From assembly GCF_009914755.1 (NCBI RefSeq), contig NC_060926.1: 64,000 nt of DNA, one strand, 5' to 3'. This document shows, piece after piece, positions 1 through 15,508 of the stretch (position 1 is its first letter; each line of letters starts with the position of its first letter). Under the pieces are notes generated by a model, which saw only the letters and a program-made list of their open reading frames with translations, was not told where the DNA came from and searched no databases. The translations under genes and the position numbers were made by a program. Origin of the DNA: the human T2T-CHM13v2.0 reference genome, Homo sapiens.

Positions 1-36
1 TGCTGGGATTACAGGTGTAGCCCACCGCGCCCAGCC
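1..36 (-). mobile_element. Alu 5' end, cut by the window edge
   Basis: tgctgggattacaggtgtagcccaccgcgcccagcc is the reverse complement of an Alu start. Confidence 0.9.
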
Positions 37-483
37 TGAAACAATATGAAATATTCAGTTTTGATTTCCAAGAGTATGAAGCTTTATTAATGCATAATGT
101 AATCTTATTTTTTTTCTACCAATGAATACAGATAGAAAAAAATGTTCCTAACAGGAATTTCTACTAATGTATTGTCAGTCAAAATTTAATCTGAACTTAA
201 ATTTTCTATATATTCACCACAAACTAAACAAATTCCAAAAACAAATAAAATGTTATTTGGAAAATAAAATCGGATGTATTACATCTCTTGTTCATGTTTG
301 AAGAGGCTGAGTGGAGTTCACAGTTTTGTCAGAATCAATATACAGAAGGCAATGTAAATTTTTTGTACATTACTAAGTTTTTAAATAAAGAATATGCATG
401 TAAAAGCAAATCCATTTTCAAGAAGAGTGAACTATGTATATTACCTAAAATTAAGATATGAATGTGTTCAAATTATAAATATA

Positions 484-862
484 CAGTTGACCTTCAATAA
501 TACAGTTTGAATTGTGCTGGTCCACTTATACATGAGTTTTTTTTCAATAATATATTGGAAATTTTTTTGTAAATTTGCGACAATCTGAAAAATCTTGCCT
601 AGCCTAGAAATATTTAAAAACATTCAGAAAAAGTTAGGTGTGTCATGAAGGCATCAAATATATATAGCTACTAGACTGTTTATGTCTTTATTGGCTGTTA
701 TGTTATTGGTAAGGCTTCCAGTCAACAGTAGGCTGTTAGGTTATCAGCAAGGCTTCCAGTCAACATTAGTTAAGTTTTTTTGGGAGTCAAACGTTATACA
801 TATGATCTTGACTGTGTGTGAGGTCAGTAGCTCTAATTCTTGCGCAATTCAAGGGACAACTG
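484..862. mobile_element. Tigger2a/MER28-like non-autonomous TcMar DNA transposon
   Basis: Terminal inverted repeats cagttgacc...ggacaactg with TA on both flanks (482-483, 863-864); internal sequence resembles Tigger2a. Confidence 0.85.
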
Positions 863-2239
863 TAATTTATATTATTCTCTATGAGGATTTCATTGAATAG
901 TCCACATGTATATCTCCCTTCTTTCAATGCTATGTATAAATAAATTTATGGGAACTAATTTAATATATGAAATGCTATGAAAGTGTAATTCCTTTAATCT
1001 AAAAGACATGACCACTTTTCCTTCCCTGGAGACCTGTTCTTCTCTGCTGGAATGTTCTCCCTTCATTCAATATCTGCCTTCTGGTGATGCAAAAACCATT
1101 GCAAGCCACAGGTACATACATATTATATATATTTATACAGTCTGTCTCATACACACACAAATGTATGTATATGAGATAGAGTATATAAATATATACATAT
1201 AATGTAAAATATACACTAGAAAAAGATTAAGTCATTTTCAAATATCAACATAAATGTCCTAATACAATTTTTCAGTTTAAAAAATAAAAATGTTAGTGGC
1301 CCTACAAAACTGTGAAAGTCCTGCTCACTTGTGCAAGATGGGCGTAGCTATCAGAACCCATGAAAAGAATTTAAATATTGTTTATTTTCACCCACTCCTA
1401 TCTTAGGGGAGGGCAAATGTTACTTCTTTTTCCTCTGTGTACTTTATATGGATTGGTTATTTAGTACACCCTTTGTTTGCTATAGATTTTGAGATAAATC
1501 CAAAGACAGATAAAAGAAGTTTTATCATATTGGAATCCCAGTGAGAATTTTTACTTCTTCCTCCCCATGATATACTTTCAAGAGTCCAGAGCTCTCAGAC
1601 ATGTGGCTGCTGGGCTTTTGCTTAGTGGCAGTTAGTATGATGACCTGTGGATTTCTTAGTTTGTGCAAATTTGCCAATAAGGACAGCAGAGCTGTCTACA
1701 ATAGAACGACTCATCCACACATCTGACCAGGCCCTTATCTGTACTCCTAGGGTTGCAAATATGAAATAGTGCTAGTTTTGGCATATGATGTAAACACTCT
1801 CCTGGATACTACCTTAGGCTTACAAGGAGAAATAGAGGACTAATTAACAACTCAATTTGCAAAAAAACAATGCTTAAATTACTCATAAACAGAGGACAAA
1901 AATAAAAAATGACATGTACCAGACCTTATTTTTCTTTGATATGGCAAACATATACATGTTTCCAGCTAAAACCAATCATTTATAAAAATAATCATACAAA
2001 CTTAGCTATATGGAAGCTCTTCCTTTAGTCTACTGCATTTTATATGAGTTATGTGGATTAATAAGTTAGCATACTACAGTTTTATTTTTAAACTCAATCC
2101 TACTACAGCAGCTGTTCATTAATTTATCTGGTTATGTGTATCTCATATAATTTTGAGATTACTGCCTCTAAAGCCAATTTAAAAACTTTATAACCTCTTC
2201 CTGGAAAGAGAACAGTCTTTATTTTAAAATGCCATATTC

Positions 2240-2400
2240 GCAACTCTTAACACATATCTAGAGATTTTTCCAAGGTATATCCCCAGGTAACTGTAGACCT
2301 ATTGAATTAGAGTTTCCATGGGTGGGCCTCAAAAACTTTTATTTTTTATAGTTAGGTAGTATACTTGCACTGATGTTGAAATTTGGGCAATATTCATCTA
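2240..2400. mobile_element. Degenerate MER5-like hAT fragment
   Basis: Resemblance to the MER5 core (agacctattgaattagag...gggtgggcctcaaaa); boundaries approximate. Confidence 0.4.
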
Positions 2401-2899
2401 GATACATATTTTAGAAAAATGCATAAGCAACAGAGGACATAAACAATTTGTTTTATTTACCATAGTGTCACCAGTGTGTATCACAAAATCTGGCACGTAG
2501 CAGATATTCTGATGAAAAAAAGTTTTCAGATTATTTAAAAACAAAGGATTTAAAAGAGATATAACCAATTTTAAAAATGAGACAGAGAAATTGTTGGTGA
2601 GCCTTTTAGAAATGTTTTTGATACTTACTTTATTCTTCTTCTTTCCTCTTAACTATATAAAATTCTGTAATTTTTGGATTGTTAGCTTTTCCTTTAATAA
2701 ACACACTTGCTTACAGTCAGCCAGATAAAGCCTTGGCTAGATCTGTTAAAATAGCTTACTGATCTAACATCTTGAATTCTTCATAAGACAGAATATGCCA
2801 TGAAATATCATGTTTTAGAAATACAATCATTTTTACTAGTACTTTTTATGCATTCAAATTTCCTGAATTGTGCAGGTCCCAGTTAGGTGGCTGGTTCCA

Positions 2900-3080
2900 T
2901 TCCAGTAACAATTAGGAAACTCTTTTTATAATCCAATTTGATTGATTAAGAAAAAGAGGTTAAGACAAAAATGTTAGGTTCCCAAATACAAATACACCAA
3001 TAAAAGTCAAGAACTATATCTGAAACCCACATCTGCATGGCTCCAAATTCGTATTCTTAAGCAGTGTGGTATGGTATTAT
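2900..3080 (-). mobile_element. Degenerate MIR
   Basis: Weak MIR core similarity; boundaries approximate. Confidence 0.4.
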
Positions 3081-3340
3081 CTTTATTATTATATTTTCTT
3101 GTTTGTCAAATCAGGAAAAGTCCGTATGATTACCTTACTTCAGTGTTCTGATTTTATTTTCCATAGGCTCTATTAATTCTTTTATTTTAAACAGCTTTAT
3201 TAAGGTTTTAATTGAATACATGAACTTCAGATATTTAAAGTGTTTAATTTATGTACTGCTGTAGCTATATAGCCTATACACCTACAAACCATCGCAACAA
3301 TTGAGGTAGTGAACATGTCCAACACCCTCAAACATTGCTT

Positions 3341-3760
<420 letters not shown>

Positions 3761-4126
3761 TAGTTTACATTCCTAAACTTTTACGAAGAATTATACAGAA
3801 TCTATTATTTTCAATTTTAATTATTTTTCTCAGCATAGTTGTTTAAAAATTCAAACATTTTATTAGCAGTATCAATAGTTTTTTTCTTCATATTACTGAT
3901 AGTATTCCATTGTATGGATATACCAGTTTATCGGTTAATGAACATTTGCTTTGTTTTGTATAGTTTTTTTGGCTATTACAAGTATAGCGGCTATAAAATT
4001 TGTAACCACGTCTTTGTGTGGACTTTTTCTTATTTCATTTTGGGAAATATTTAAGAGTAGAATGGCTGAATCATATCACAGGTGTATGTTTATCTCTGAG
4101 AAACTGCAAAACCATTTTACACGTGA

Positions 4127-4618
<492 letters not shown>

Positions 4619-5992
4619 ATCCTTCACTAATATTTTTATTGGGTTTGTTGTATATTATTAAATTTTGAGATTCTTTTATATTCTTTGGACAAAAGTCTTT
4701 TGTCAAGTATATGATTTGTAACTATATTCACCTAGTCTGTGGCTTATATCTTCACTCGGTTAACAGTGTCTTTTGAAGAGCAGAAGTTCTTAATTTGAAT
4801 TGAGTATAATTTTTCAGTCACTTTCATAGATCATATTTTTAGTGCATATCTAGAAATTTTTTTCATAACCAAGGTTAGCAAATGTTTTTGTTATATTTTT
4901 TCTAGACATTTTATACTTTTCATTTTCATTTAGAGCTATGAGTCATTTTAAGTGACTTATATGATGCAAATTATGGATCAAATATCTTATAATTTTTGCA
5001 TATGGATATTCAATCATTAAAACGTATGTTGAAAAGACTATCATTTTTTTCTACTTAATTGTTTTGCACTTTTGTAAAAAATCAGTTACCATATGTATAT
5101 GGGTCTATTTCTGAATATTCTGTTATGTTCTATATTTCTGTTTTGAAACTATCACTTGTTTAATATAAATTTACATTATATCTTTCAATTTTGTTTTAGT
5201 TACTTTAGGTCTGCTGAGTAATCATATAACTTTTAGAACCAGATTTCAAATTTTTATTTTAAAAATCCTGCTATGGTTTTTATTGGAAGTGTAGTGAATC
5301 TATAGTTTGGTTTGGAAAGAATTATCATCTTCTGATTCTTCTGATTGGTGGATATGGTGTCTTCTGATTCATGAATGTAGCATATTTCTCCATTTATTTA
5401 GTTTTTTTAAATTTTTCTCTCATAATGTTGAGATCTTTTACAGCCTTTTAAAGATTTCTAATTTCTTTTATATATTAAAAGTTTTTTTACACAATAATGT
5501 TGAAATTTTAATTATTCAATTGTTTTCTCTGGTACATAGAAATGGTTTTGATTTTTACAAGCTTCTGGCTTTTCATGGCTACCACTCCATGGAGATGAAA
5601 AGATAGTTAATAGTTGTAGTTCTAAATTAACAGATCCTGCTGTCCTTATAGGCTTAAGAAAAGTTTCTTGAATGAATATGTTTAGTTTGTTCTGTGCCTT
5701 TAATTTTTAGGGGTCCTGAAATGGCTGAGTTTGATATATTTGCCTTTTTCTTTTTTCTTTTTTTTTTTTGCTTTTGTTTCGAGCAAACTCACTGAACTTC
5801 TGTGCATCCTAATTCCACGAACCCACATTTATTAAGCAATTTGATTACATATTTTCTAAAAAAATTATATATGTCCAGACAAGTTCTGGTTTCTTTTTCT
5901 TTGTTTAGGGCTTCAGATTATTTAAAGTGGATTTGTTCACACTTGTCTCTTGATATTATTATTCACTACTTAGTGCCTAGAGACATAAATCA

Positions 5993-6457
<465 letters not shown>

Positions 6458-6700
6458 TTAATATGTTGAGGGAAGTTTAATGTTACTGATACTTTTGTGA
6501 ACTTTTGTGAAGTTTGACTCTTGATTTTTTTTAGGAAGTTCAACACTATTGACATTTGTTGCTATGAGGTTGATTATTTGGAAGGCTTATTCACAGTTTT
6601 TGTTTGTATCAGAATTTAGAAATGCATCCAATGGGAAGATGATAGCATCATAAAATTCAAGGAGCCTTTCCAATGTTTGATGTGATATGATGAGTACTTC

Positions 6701-7427
6701 TGCGTCCAGAATTTGTTCCTTGCTGTGGGTTCTTGGTCTCTCTGTCTTCAAGAATGAAGCCGCGGACTCTCGTGGTGAATGTTATAGTTCTTAAAGATAG
6801 TGTGTCCGGGGTTTATTCCTTCAGATGTTCAGATGTGTCAGGAGTTTCTTCCTTCTGGTGGGTTCATGGTCTTGCTGACTTTAGGAGTGAAGCCGCAGAC
6901 CTTCGCAGTGGGTGTTAGGGCTCTTAATTGTGGCGTGTCCGGAGTTGTTCATTCCTCCTGGTGGGTTCGTGGTCTCGCTGACTTCAGAGTGAGGCTGCAG
7001 ACCTTTGTAGTGAGTGTTACAGCTCATAAAGGTAGTGCAGACCCCAACAGTGAGCAGCAACAAGGTTTATTGTGAAGAGTGAAAGAACAAAGCTTCCACA
7101 CTGTGGAACGGGACCTCAGTGGGTTGCCCCCTGCGGCTGGAGTGGCCAGCTTTTATTCCCTTATTTGGCACCGCCCACATCCTGCTGATTGGCCCATTTT
7201 ACAGAGTGCTGATTGGTCTGCTTTTACAGAGTACTGATTGGTGCATTTATAAACCTTTAGCTAGACACAGAGCGCTGATTGGTGAGTTTTTAGAGTGCTG
7301 ATTCGTGCGTTTACAAACCTTTAGCTAGACACAGAGCACTGATTGGTGTGTTTACAATCCTTTAGCTAGACATAAAAGTTCTCCAAGTCCCCAACCGACC
7401 CAGGAGCCCAGCCAGCTTCACCTCTCA
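6701..7427 (-). mobile_element. ERV9 solo LTR, LTR12 family (LTR12/LTR12F-like)
   Basis: Minus strand begins tgagaggtgaagctggctggg; tandem ctgattgg/tttagctagac subrepeats; repeated gaagccgcggac-type U5 units; flanks cttc/cttt. Confidence 0.9.
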
Positions 7428-7461
7428 CTTTGACCTTTCTATTAGACCCGAGAAATAATCA

Positions 7462-7738
7462 CTGCTTTGGTTTGAGTGTTTGCAACCTTCAAAAATTCAT
7501 ATATAAACTGAATCCTTATTGTGGTTGTATTAAGATGTGGGGTCTTTGGGAAGTGATTAAATCATGAGGGATCCACCCTCATGAATGAAATTAATGATCT
7601 TATACAGGAGGCTTAGGAAAGCTTCCTGGTCCTGCTGTTTCTTCAGCTATGTGAGAACTGAATATTCATTTTTTCCCTTTTTGCCCTTCTTCCATGTGAC
7701 GATACAGGAACAAGGTACCACCTTGAAGGTAGAGAGCT
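7462..7738 (+). mobile_element. MaLR LTR fragment (MSTC/MSTD-like)
   Basis: Motif ggggtctttgggaagtgattaaatcatgaggg...ccctcatgaatg; 3' truncated. Confidence 0.7.
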
Positions 7739-8164
7739 GGGGTGATGGAAAAGTGAGCATGCCAAAGGATATGAAATATAATATCAACAAATGAGAAAAA
7801 AAGACTGGATTAGGTAAGTCTATCAGTAAAACATGAGGTGTCAGGAAGATCACTAGTGCCATATTTGTATAAAGAAGCAGGCAAAACAGGCAGCATCTCA
7901 AAAGAGAAGTAAGCATTTAGACATTTACACTAGGTTGTCCACATGAGGTTGGAAATTCCAAAATAGGGAATTCAGCTTAATCTGGGTGATATAAATGATT
8001 TTAGATTTTAAGTTCCAGTTGCAAAACACTTGGATTGAATTTTGATTTTCTTTTCACTTGTAATTAACTTCACTTTGTCTTCAACTTCACCCACTTTATT
8101 GTACAATATTAACAATAGTATCAGTAAAACAAATAAGGCTAATCAATGGCCTATAATTTCTGTT

Positions 8165-8296
8165 TTCTTAAAATAGAGATGGGATCTTACTATGTTTCTC
8201 AGGCTGGGTTTGAACTCCAGGGCTTAAGTAATTGTCCCACCTCAACCTCCTGAGTAGCTGGAACTACCATCAAGGCATGCACCACCAAGCCTGGCC
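8165..8296 (-). mobile_element. FLAM (free left Alu monomer)
   Basis: Single Alu monomer flanked by TSD caatggcctataatttct / caatgacctattatttct. Confidence 0.8.
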
Positions 8297-9439
8297 CAAT
8301 GACCTATTATTTCTAACACGAAAATCACTTATTAGCTAGACAAGCCAGAGGGATCATCTCAGAGTAACATTACATATTAATTTAAAAATTATCAAATTAA
8401 AAGCTCCATAAATGATAAAATAAGTATTTAGTAATTTGAACAATTATTTATAAGACTAAAAATAAACTCAACATTTAATTAAAAACGTGCTGTCCATTAC
8501 TTCAGACAGGTCTTTCTTCAGCAAGCCATTCGTAAAAGATGTTAATTAGAAGGTAAATGACCATATTAATTGCATAATTTATCTAAACATATATTTTATA
8601 ATGTCAAAGATAAATACATACAAGCTTTCTACATTTTAAAAATAATGTTTAATATATGCCACTAGAGAAAATTATTTGATTATCAGATATTTTTATGTCA
8701 AATGTTAAGGATAATTTTAATCAAGTTTAATGAAAGTAATTATTAATTAAAAATCATATTTTGAAGACAGCAAAATCAACATATTTTACATGTAAAAACA
8801 AAAATGAACAGATTATCAAACAAAATTGTGTACATAATTATGCCAATTAAAATTATAAATTCTGTCACAAAAAGGAAAGGAAGGTAAGATGCTATTTTTT
8901 CCTTAAATGCTTGCACAGATTGTCACCATAGTAACTAACGGACACATCAGGAGAAAATCATTCATTTATATATTCTTGCAGGTGACTCTCACTCTCCCAA
9001 TCTTTCTTTCAGCTGCCTCCATAACTTATTATTAGAACCAAAACAAATATTAGTGGAAAAACAGACGTTCACCTGAAAAGCGTTGCTTTTCAAGTAGAAT
9101 TAGCTTGTAAATTGTGCATAGCCAAAGTGGTCAATATGCATTTAGTCTTTAGTCTGCAATATCCGTTCCTGCCTAATTAATTGGTATGAAAATATTTCTT
9201 GTTTAGCACATCTTCCTTTATATGAGAAGGAGTTTTTTTTTTCTGGCCTTACTTTCTAATAGAGAATCATATAGGATGAGTGTGAGAAAGTTCTTAGAGA
9301 AGTAGATTCAGAAGACTAAGTATTGATAGATGCATCATCTTAACTAATGGATAAAGAATGAGATATTTCAATAAGGAGCAATTTACAATGGCCTGTCTAA
9401 TAATATCAATTGATGTCATTTGTTATAACTTATACTACG

Positions 9440-9630
9440 TAACAAAATCATACTGAAGGCAAGAGCTTTCTGAGTTAGACATTTTATTCATATTTCCTGG
9501 ATGAGCATATAGCGACTCAGAAACATATAGTAACTTGACAACTATTTACAGCTAGTAATCAGTGGGACTAGAATGCCAAACTATGCCTGTCTATTTATAA
9601 AACTAAAGACTTTTCACTACAATGTACTGT
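9440..9630 (-). mobile_element. Degenerate MIR
   Basis: MIR core-like gtaacttgac...acagctagtaa...gggactagaa. Confidence 0.55.
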
Positions 9631-9690
9631 CACGTTCTTATTACACATAGAAGCCAGATGGCAAATTGGAAATACATCAGTCAGAGAAGC

Positions 9691-10185
9691 TATGGTAGAG
9701 ATGGTAATTTTACTCTAATAACCATCCCCTTCCTCCATATAGAAATATAAATATCACCCCACTCAATTTTAGCTTGACACATGGCTTGCCTTTATCATTT
9801 ATCAGCTTTTCTTGTAGCTATGACTTGTCATGTGATTAAATTTAGGGCATGAGGAATAAGCAGAAATGACGTGTGGGATTTCTGAGACTTCTCCTTACAG
9901 AAGATAATACTTTCCCATGGCTTTCTATTTTTTCTTCTTCCTGCTAGTTCACATACAGATATGGAGGAAAAGTAGTTTCAATTATGCAGGATTGCAACCA
10001 AAGAAATAGTAGTTTGAGATGTCAGGTAACCGGGTGCCTGAATGTCCTTGTGACGTGAAGCAACCTGCCAATTTTGGATTGTTCACGTCTGGTCTCCCCA
10101 GAGTGAGAGAAATTAATTTCTTTCTCATTTTAGTTACTATATTCTGGGGTCTCCTTTCTAAAGAGCCTTGAGTTGTAACTTAAGT
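9691..10185 (+). mobile_element. Old ERVL LTR (LTR33/LTR16-like)
   Basis: cttgtagct...catgtgatt...aagcagaaatg and gagagaaattaatttct motifs; boundaries approximate. Confidence 0.55.
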
Positions 10186-11071
10186 AGTGGAGATATTCAT
10201 TCACACCCTGTTCTAGTTTGGTCTTTCATAGTTATCTTATACCCAGAACAATTTTATTCACATGATAAACTTTTAACAAATGCTTACTGATTTAACTTAT
10301 TCTTATATCCTGTTTAATAATAGAAAGAAAATACATGAATAATATAATTGGTAGGGTTATCCTCATGGTCATCAAAATACAAAGGATAAGAGAAGCAACT
10401 GTAACTGAAAGCAAATCCAGAGTTTCATAACAACCAAAGCTGAAAGTTTAACCATACAGATTCCTTAGCTTTCATTGTTGAATAAAATAAAACATAGTAG
10501 TGCATCAAAAATGGCAAGCTGTTTCCAAGCTATAAATTCTGAAAAAATATTGCACAATTGTCTCTGGCAAAACAATATTGTTTATTCCAGAGACAATTAA
10601 AAATAGAATTGATGATTCCCTGAATGGGCATTTTTTAAAAATGCAGGGATATTGGATGTATGACCATTTCCGTTTTTGACTTTGGTGGGCAAAATATTAA
10701 GATGCACTTGGGAAAAGCCATTTTTACAGTGTCCTCTAAAATTGTTCACTCTATAGAGGATAGACTTATTTTCATGTGTTTGTAGTCTTATTAAACCAAA
10801 TTAATTAGCTTCTTGTAATGTATTACTTTTGTTACATATGTAATTTTTTTTATATTTACATTCCCTACTCTCTTGTTTGAAAATCAGTAATGTCTATAGA
10901 TTCAAATATATTGAAAAGCAGGCAACATTACAGTTTAAATACAGCACATGCATTAAAGAAATCATCAGATAAGCAAATATCTTACTATAGATCACTTAAT
11001 GTTAAGATACATAATTTAACAATTATATACTTCAAAAAAATTTATTTGAGCAGTAAGGTGAAAATTGGTGG

Positions 11072-11556
11072 TGATACAGGACAGGTAAGCCCCAAGTTGG
11101 GACTTAGCCTGCAAAGGTTCTTGGCTTTGGCCAGAAAAGAATTCAAGGATGAGCTAGTGGTTGGGTAGAAGAAAACAGCCTTATTGAGGTGGCAGTGTTA
11201 CAGCTCCATGACTGATGTTATAGAGCATGGCTACCCCGTAGGCAATGTGCTGAAAGTAGCAGCTCAGGGCAGTTTTGCAGTCACATTTATACCTAATTTT
11301 AATTATATGTAGATTAAGGGGGGTAAATGCAGAAATTTTTAGGGAAGGGGAAGTAACTTCTGGGTCATCAGGTCATTGCCATAGACAGGGGCAGTAAATG
11401 GCTGTGCCTTGCCATGGCTATGGTAAACTGATGTGACACCCTGGTGGGCATGTCTTATGGAAAGCTGCTTCCACGCAGTCCCTGTTTTAGTTAGTCCTCG
11501 ATTTGGTCCAGTGTCTGCACCCTGCCTCCAGAGTGAAGTCCCACCTCTTAACTTCA
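11072..11556 (-). mobile_element. ERV1 solo LTR, MER66-like
   Basis: TG...CA ends with perfect 4-bp TSD gtgg (11068-11071, 11557-11560); family from recalled consensus. Confidence 0.75.
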
Positions 11557-12962
11557 GTGGTAATTAGAATTAAATGTAACATTCATTGCCTTCAGTCAAG
11601 AAAAACCAACTGACTGCATAATTCAACCAAATGCGTCTTGCAATTTTTAGCCTCTGTGTTTCTTCTAGAATAATTCTGTTTTATTTTAGTTTGACAATAA
11701 TAAGGAAGAAATAGTGGATTAGAATAACAATGGTCTACCTTCTTTGGAGCACTATTATTAGAACTTTCACAAATTGGTAACTGTGGTCAAGTTCTCAAGG
11801 CTTATTGGTATTTTCATAACTTTCACATAAGTATATAAAATTACTATATTGAGTAAGGCCTGTTTTTCATCTAATATATCTTCACATCTCTTTCATACTA
11901 ATGGATGTATTTGGCAATAAGTATATTCTCTTCTAAAATTCATCAATTATCACTCAAATAAGCTATTCAAATACCTTTTTAATTTTCACTAATAAGATGG
12001 TGTTAACATAAATAAGTAACTTACTCCATATTAAATTTATTTTTGCTTTTGTTTGTGCATAAATTCACTTTATGTAATCTTCAATAAAACCCTTTTTCTG
12101 TTATTCCAGAGATAGATATCTGAATTCTACCTAAGGCCTTCATGACTCTATAGATTGCAAGCATACTTGTTTTTATTCTGATTCTCCCAGATTTTCTAAT
12201 GTTTTCCCTTCATTTTATCTTCATTTCTTTGCTTCTATTTCTCTATCTAAATAATTTTTTCTTTAATTCTATCTTTAATTACACATTTTCTTCAGAGAAT
12301 ATTGAGTGTATCTTGGCTTGTTCCTAAAAGTAAGTTAATATTTTGTTTTGAGACCTTGACAATTTTTACTAAATAATTCATTAACCTTTTAATATTTATA
12401 GCAGCACAAATGAAGGTGACTACTTGACTTTCAAAACTCTTTCTATGGATCATAACAGATAGTGTGAAGTCAATCATCCTACATATAAAATTTGGGTTAC
12501 TTTTTATCTAAATGCATTTCCTTGCCATCACCTACATGGAAATTTATTTGTCAATGAATGTCTATTTCTATTCTTCTGTTCCTCCTGGACAACATATCCC
12601 TTACCAATTTTGAGGAATAAATGGCTGATTTTATATTCTCCTTCCATAATTTACTCCCTGGAGAACTGTTGTGATTGTCACCAGGAATCATCAGTTTTTC
12701 AGCGCCTATTTAAGGATTCCATAAGAGAAATTGAAGAATGGGACCTGCTTTTCCTATTTTTGTGAATGAAAGTGCATTCAAGCACTAGCTAGACCATCCA
12801 ACTGAGACATATTCTACACTTCAGTGGTCCAAATTCTGTTCCTTTTCTTAGATAATCACTATATATATATTTTTTTCCATTAATATGGAGATAGTACAAG
12901 AGTCAAAATTATAGACTTGCTCAAATTAGTTATTTTTGTTAAATTGCTATACATCAACATAA

Positions 12963-13335
<373 letters not shown>

Positions 13336-13419
13336 GTGTATATATTTTCATAGTGCATTATCCACCTTTCAGTATGCAAAATACATGCACGTGCACTGCA
13401 GTTATGAAAAGTCAGCAGA

Positions 13420-13620
13420 ATAAGGTAGAAAGTGCAAAGAATTTGATTCTATATCCAAGTTTAATTCTTAATGCCAAAACTTATTAGTTCTTTTTAGTTT
13501 TAGCAAATTACTTACATCCCTGGAGCCTTGATTTCCTCATATATATGATGTGCCATTATATTTCCACTGTTATGAGGATTAAGATTAACCAAACATCTCC
13601 TCGTAGGTGCTATTATTATA
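13420..13620 (+). mobile_element. Degenerate MIR
   Basis: gcaaattacttacatccctggagccttgatttcctcat matches the MIR core. Confidence 0.6.
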
Positions 13621-15488
13621 ACTGCCCAGTGTAAATGTAGCAAAACAACTAATGCTACATCTACTAGTCTCTTGAGAACATGAGTCAGGATTAGGTTCTA
13701 AGCATTTTAAAATGACAATGCTTGTTAGAAATAAGGGAGACTGCATGGTGACATAAGCATTTTCTAGCACTTACAAAAATGAAGAATAAAATGTGTTCTT
13801 ATCATCTTCACTATCCAGATGAATAGTGAAAATTAAAGTCAGTCAAGGTATTATGATATAGATCAGTGGAAATGTAGTTCATCAAACACTAGCAATTAAG
13901 CTGTTAATGGCTTCCATTTAAAAACATTAACAAAAATGTCATATTCATATGAATTTTGGAAATATATTATGTTCCTCTATCTACCTTGGAGACTGAATTT
14001 ATTTATTAACAGGAATATTTTACTCAGTCTGAAATAAATTATCAAGAAGTGTAACTAGGCTTAAAAAATTATTAAAACTTGTTTGCCACATAACACCTAA
14101 TTACTCATGATAGCACTATTTTTAGATGTGGCCTGGGATGTTAATAATGCTAATTAGAAAACTATTATTACACATATAAGTCTAATACTTTTCATGATAT
14201 TCATGGTACATGGCAGTGATTAAGAAATATTTTTGAGTGGCTAAATGAATAGTTGGTACTATTTCTCTATCTACCTATTTATTTAGTTTCTATTATTTTA
14301 GAATTCACTAGGCAAACCATATGCCACACTCACAAAAATAAAAAAAAACAGAGAATCAGGGGTTTTTATGATTCAAGCACTTCATGAAATATATGAGTAA
14401 AAATTGTAGCATATAACTTCTCTTAGTTTGCATTATTTTGACATTTTTCTTAAGTCACTATTTTATAATACATAGATTATGCCTAGGCATATATTACATT
14501 GCATTTATTATACTTTTAATTTTTTATAAAAATACTACTCAAAACCAATTGCCCTACCTTGATGAACTTCTTTAGGTTTTAGTGAGTATGTACACTGCGA
14601 TTTGCATTCCAGTTTCAGCAAAGGAGAAAAGGCAAGATGTAGTTTTACACAACATTTAACAGGACTATGTTTCATTACAGAAGTGGAGGAACTGACCTCT
14701 GGTATTAGGTTCTCTGAGGAATACTAAAAGTAAGAGAAGCACATTAATATTAAAAACATTTATACAACTTTCACACAGCCACAAAAGGTCTAAATACCTT
14801 TTTCTTTCTATGGTGAAGGAGCAGGACAGTAGATTTGTGACCTTCACTATTTACAACAAAAAGATTCTGTCTTCTACAACCTACTAAATTCACCATAAAG
14901 TTATGAACTTGTACTAACTGCTACAAGCCCTTTTAAAGTAAATTAATTAATCCTAATACTATCTAATAAATAGCAAAGGTAACATAGAGTATTTCACTCA
15001 GAAGAAATAGTCCCTCATGTAGAAGAAAATTTTAGGTAGAGTATAATAGAAGTGAATGCCATTCAGAGCTCTTTTTTCTTTTTCTACCTATATTCAGCAT
15101 ATTTTTCAAAATTTATATTCTCGATTGATGTACCAAGTTATATTTTAGAAATATCTTGGGCAATAGAATGAATAAATTTGAGATAGGAGGTATAATCATG
15201 AGATTTAAAAGTCTTCTTTTCTCCAACAAAGGAAATATATGTATACTATTTCATAAACACTGGTCATTCTCAACTTGCAGTGAAATGTTTTTGGGACAAT
15301 GGGGCAATCTAATTTGCTTTTAGATGTAGCATTTTGGCTTTTACAAAACCAAGGTGTGTATCCATAGAATGATGTAATAGTCTGGAAGTATTTCTTTAAT
15401 AAGGGATTTAGGCTCTGGCAGGACATACTAATGAGATAGTCTTAGACATAATTGATTCACTCACTGATTATGCTGCCCTTGTGCATCA

Positions 15489-15508
15489 GTGTGTGTGTGT
15501 GTGTGTGT
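15489..15508. repeat. (GT)10 microsatellite
   Basis: Direct reading. Confidence 0.9.

Noticed and set aside
7170-7380. Spaced direct repeats superficially like a CRISPR array
   Set aside because: These are the normal tandem U3 subrepeats of LTR12; there are no unique spacers or cas genes, and the context is eukaryotic
14680-14735. Acceptor/donor pair ttacag...gtaaga
   Set aside because: Stops in all three frames and no other support
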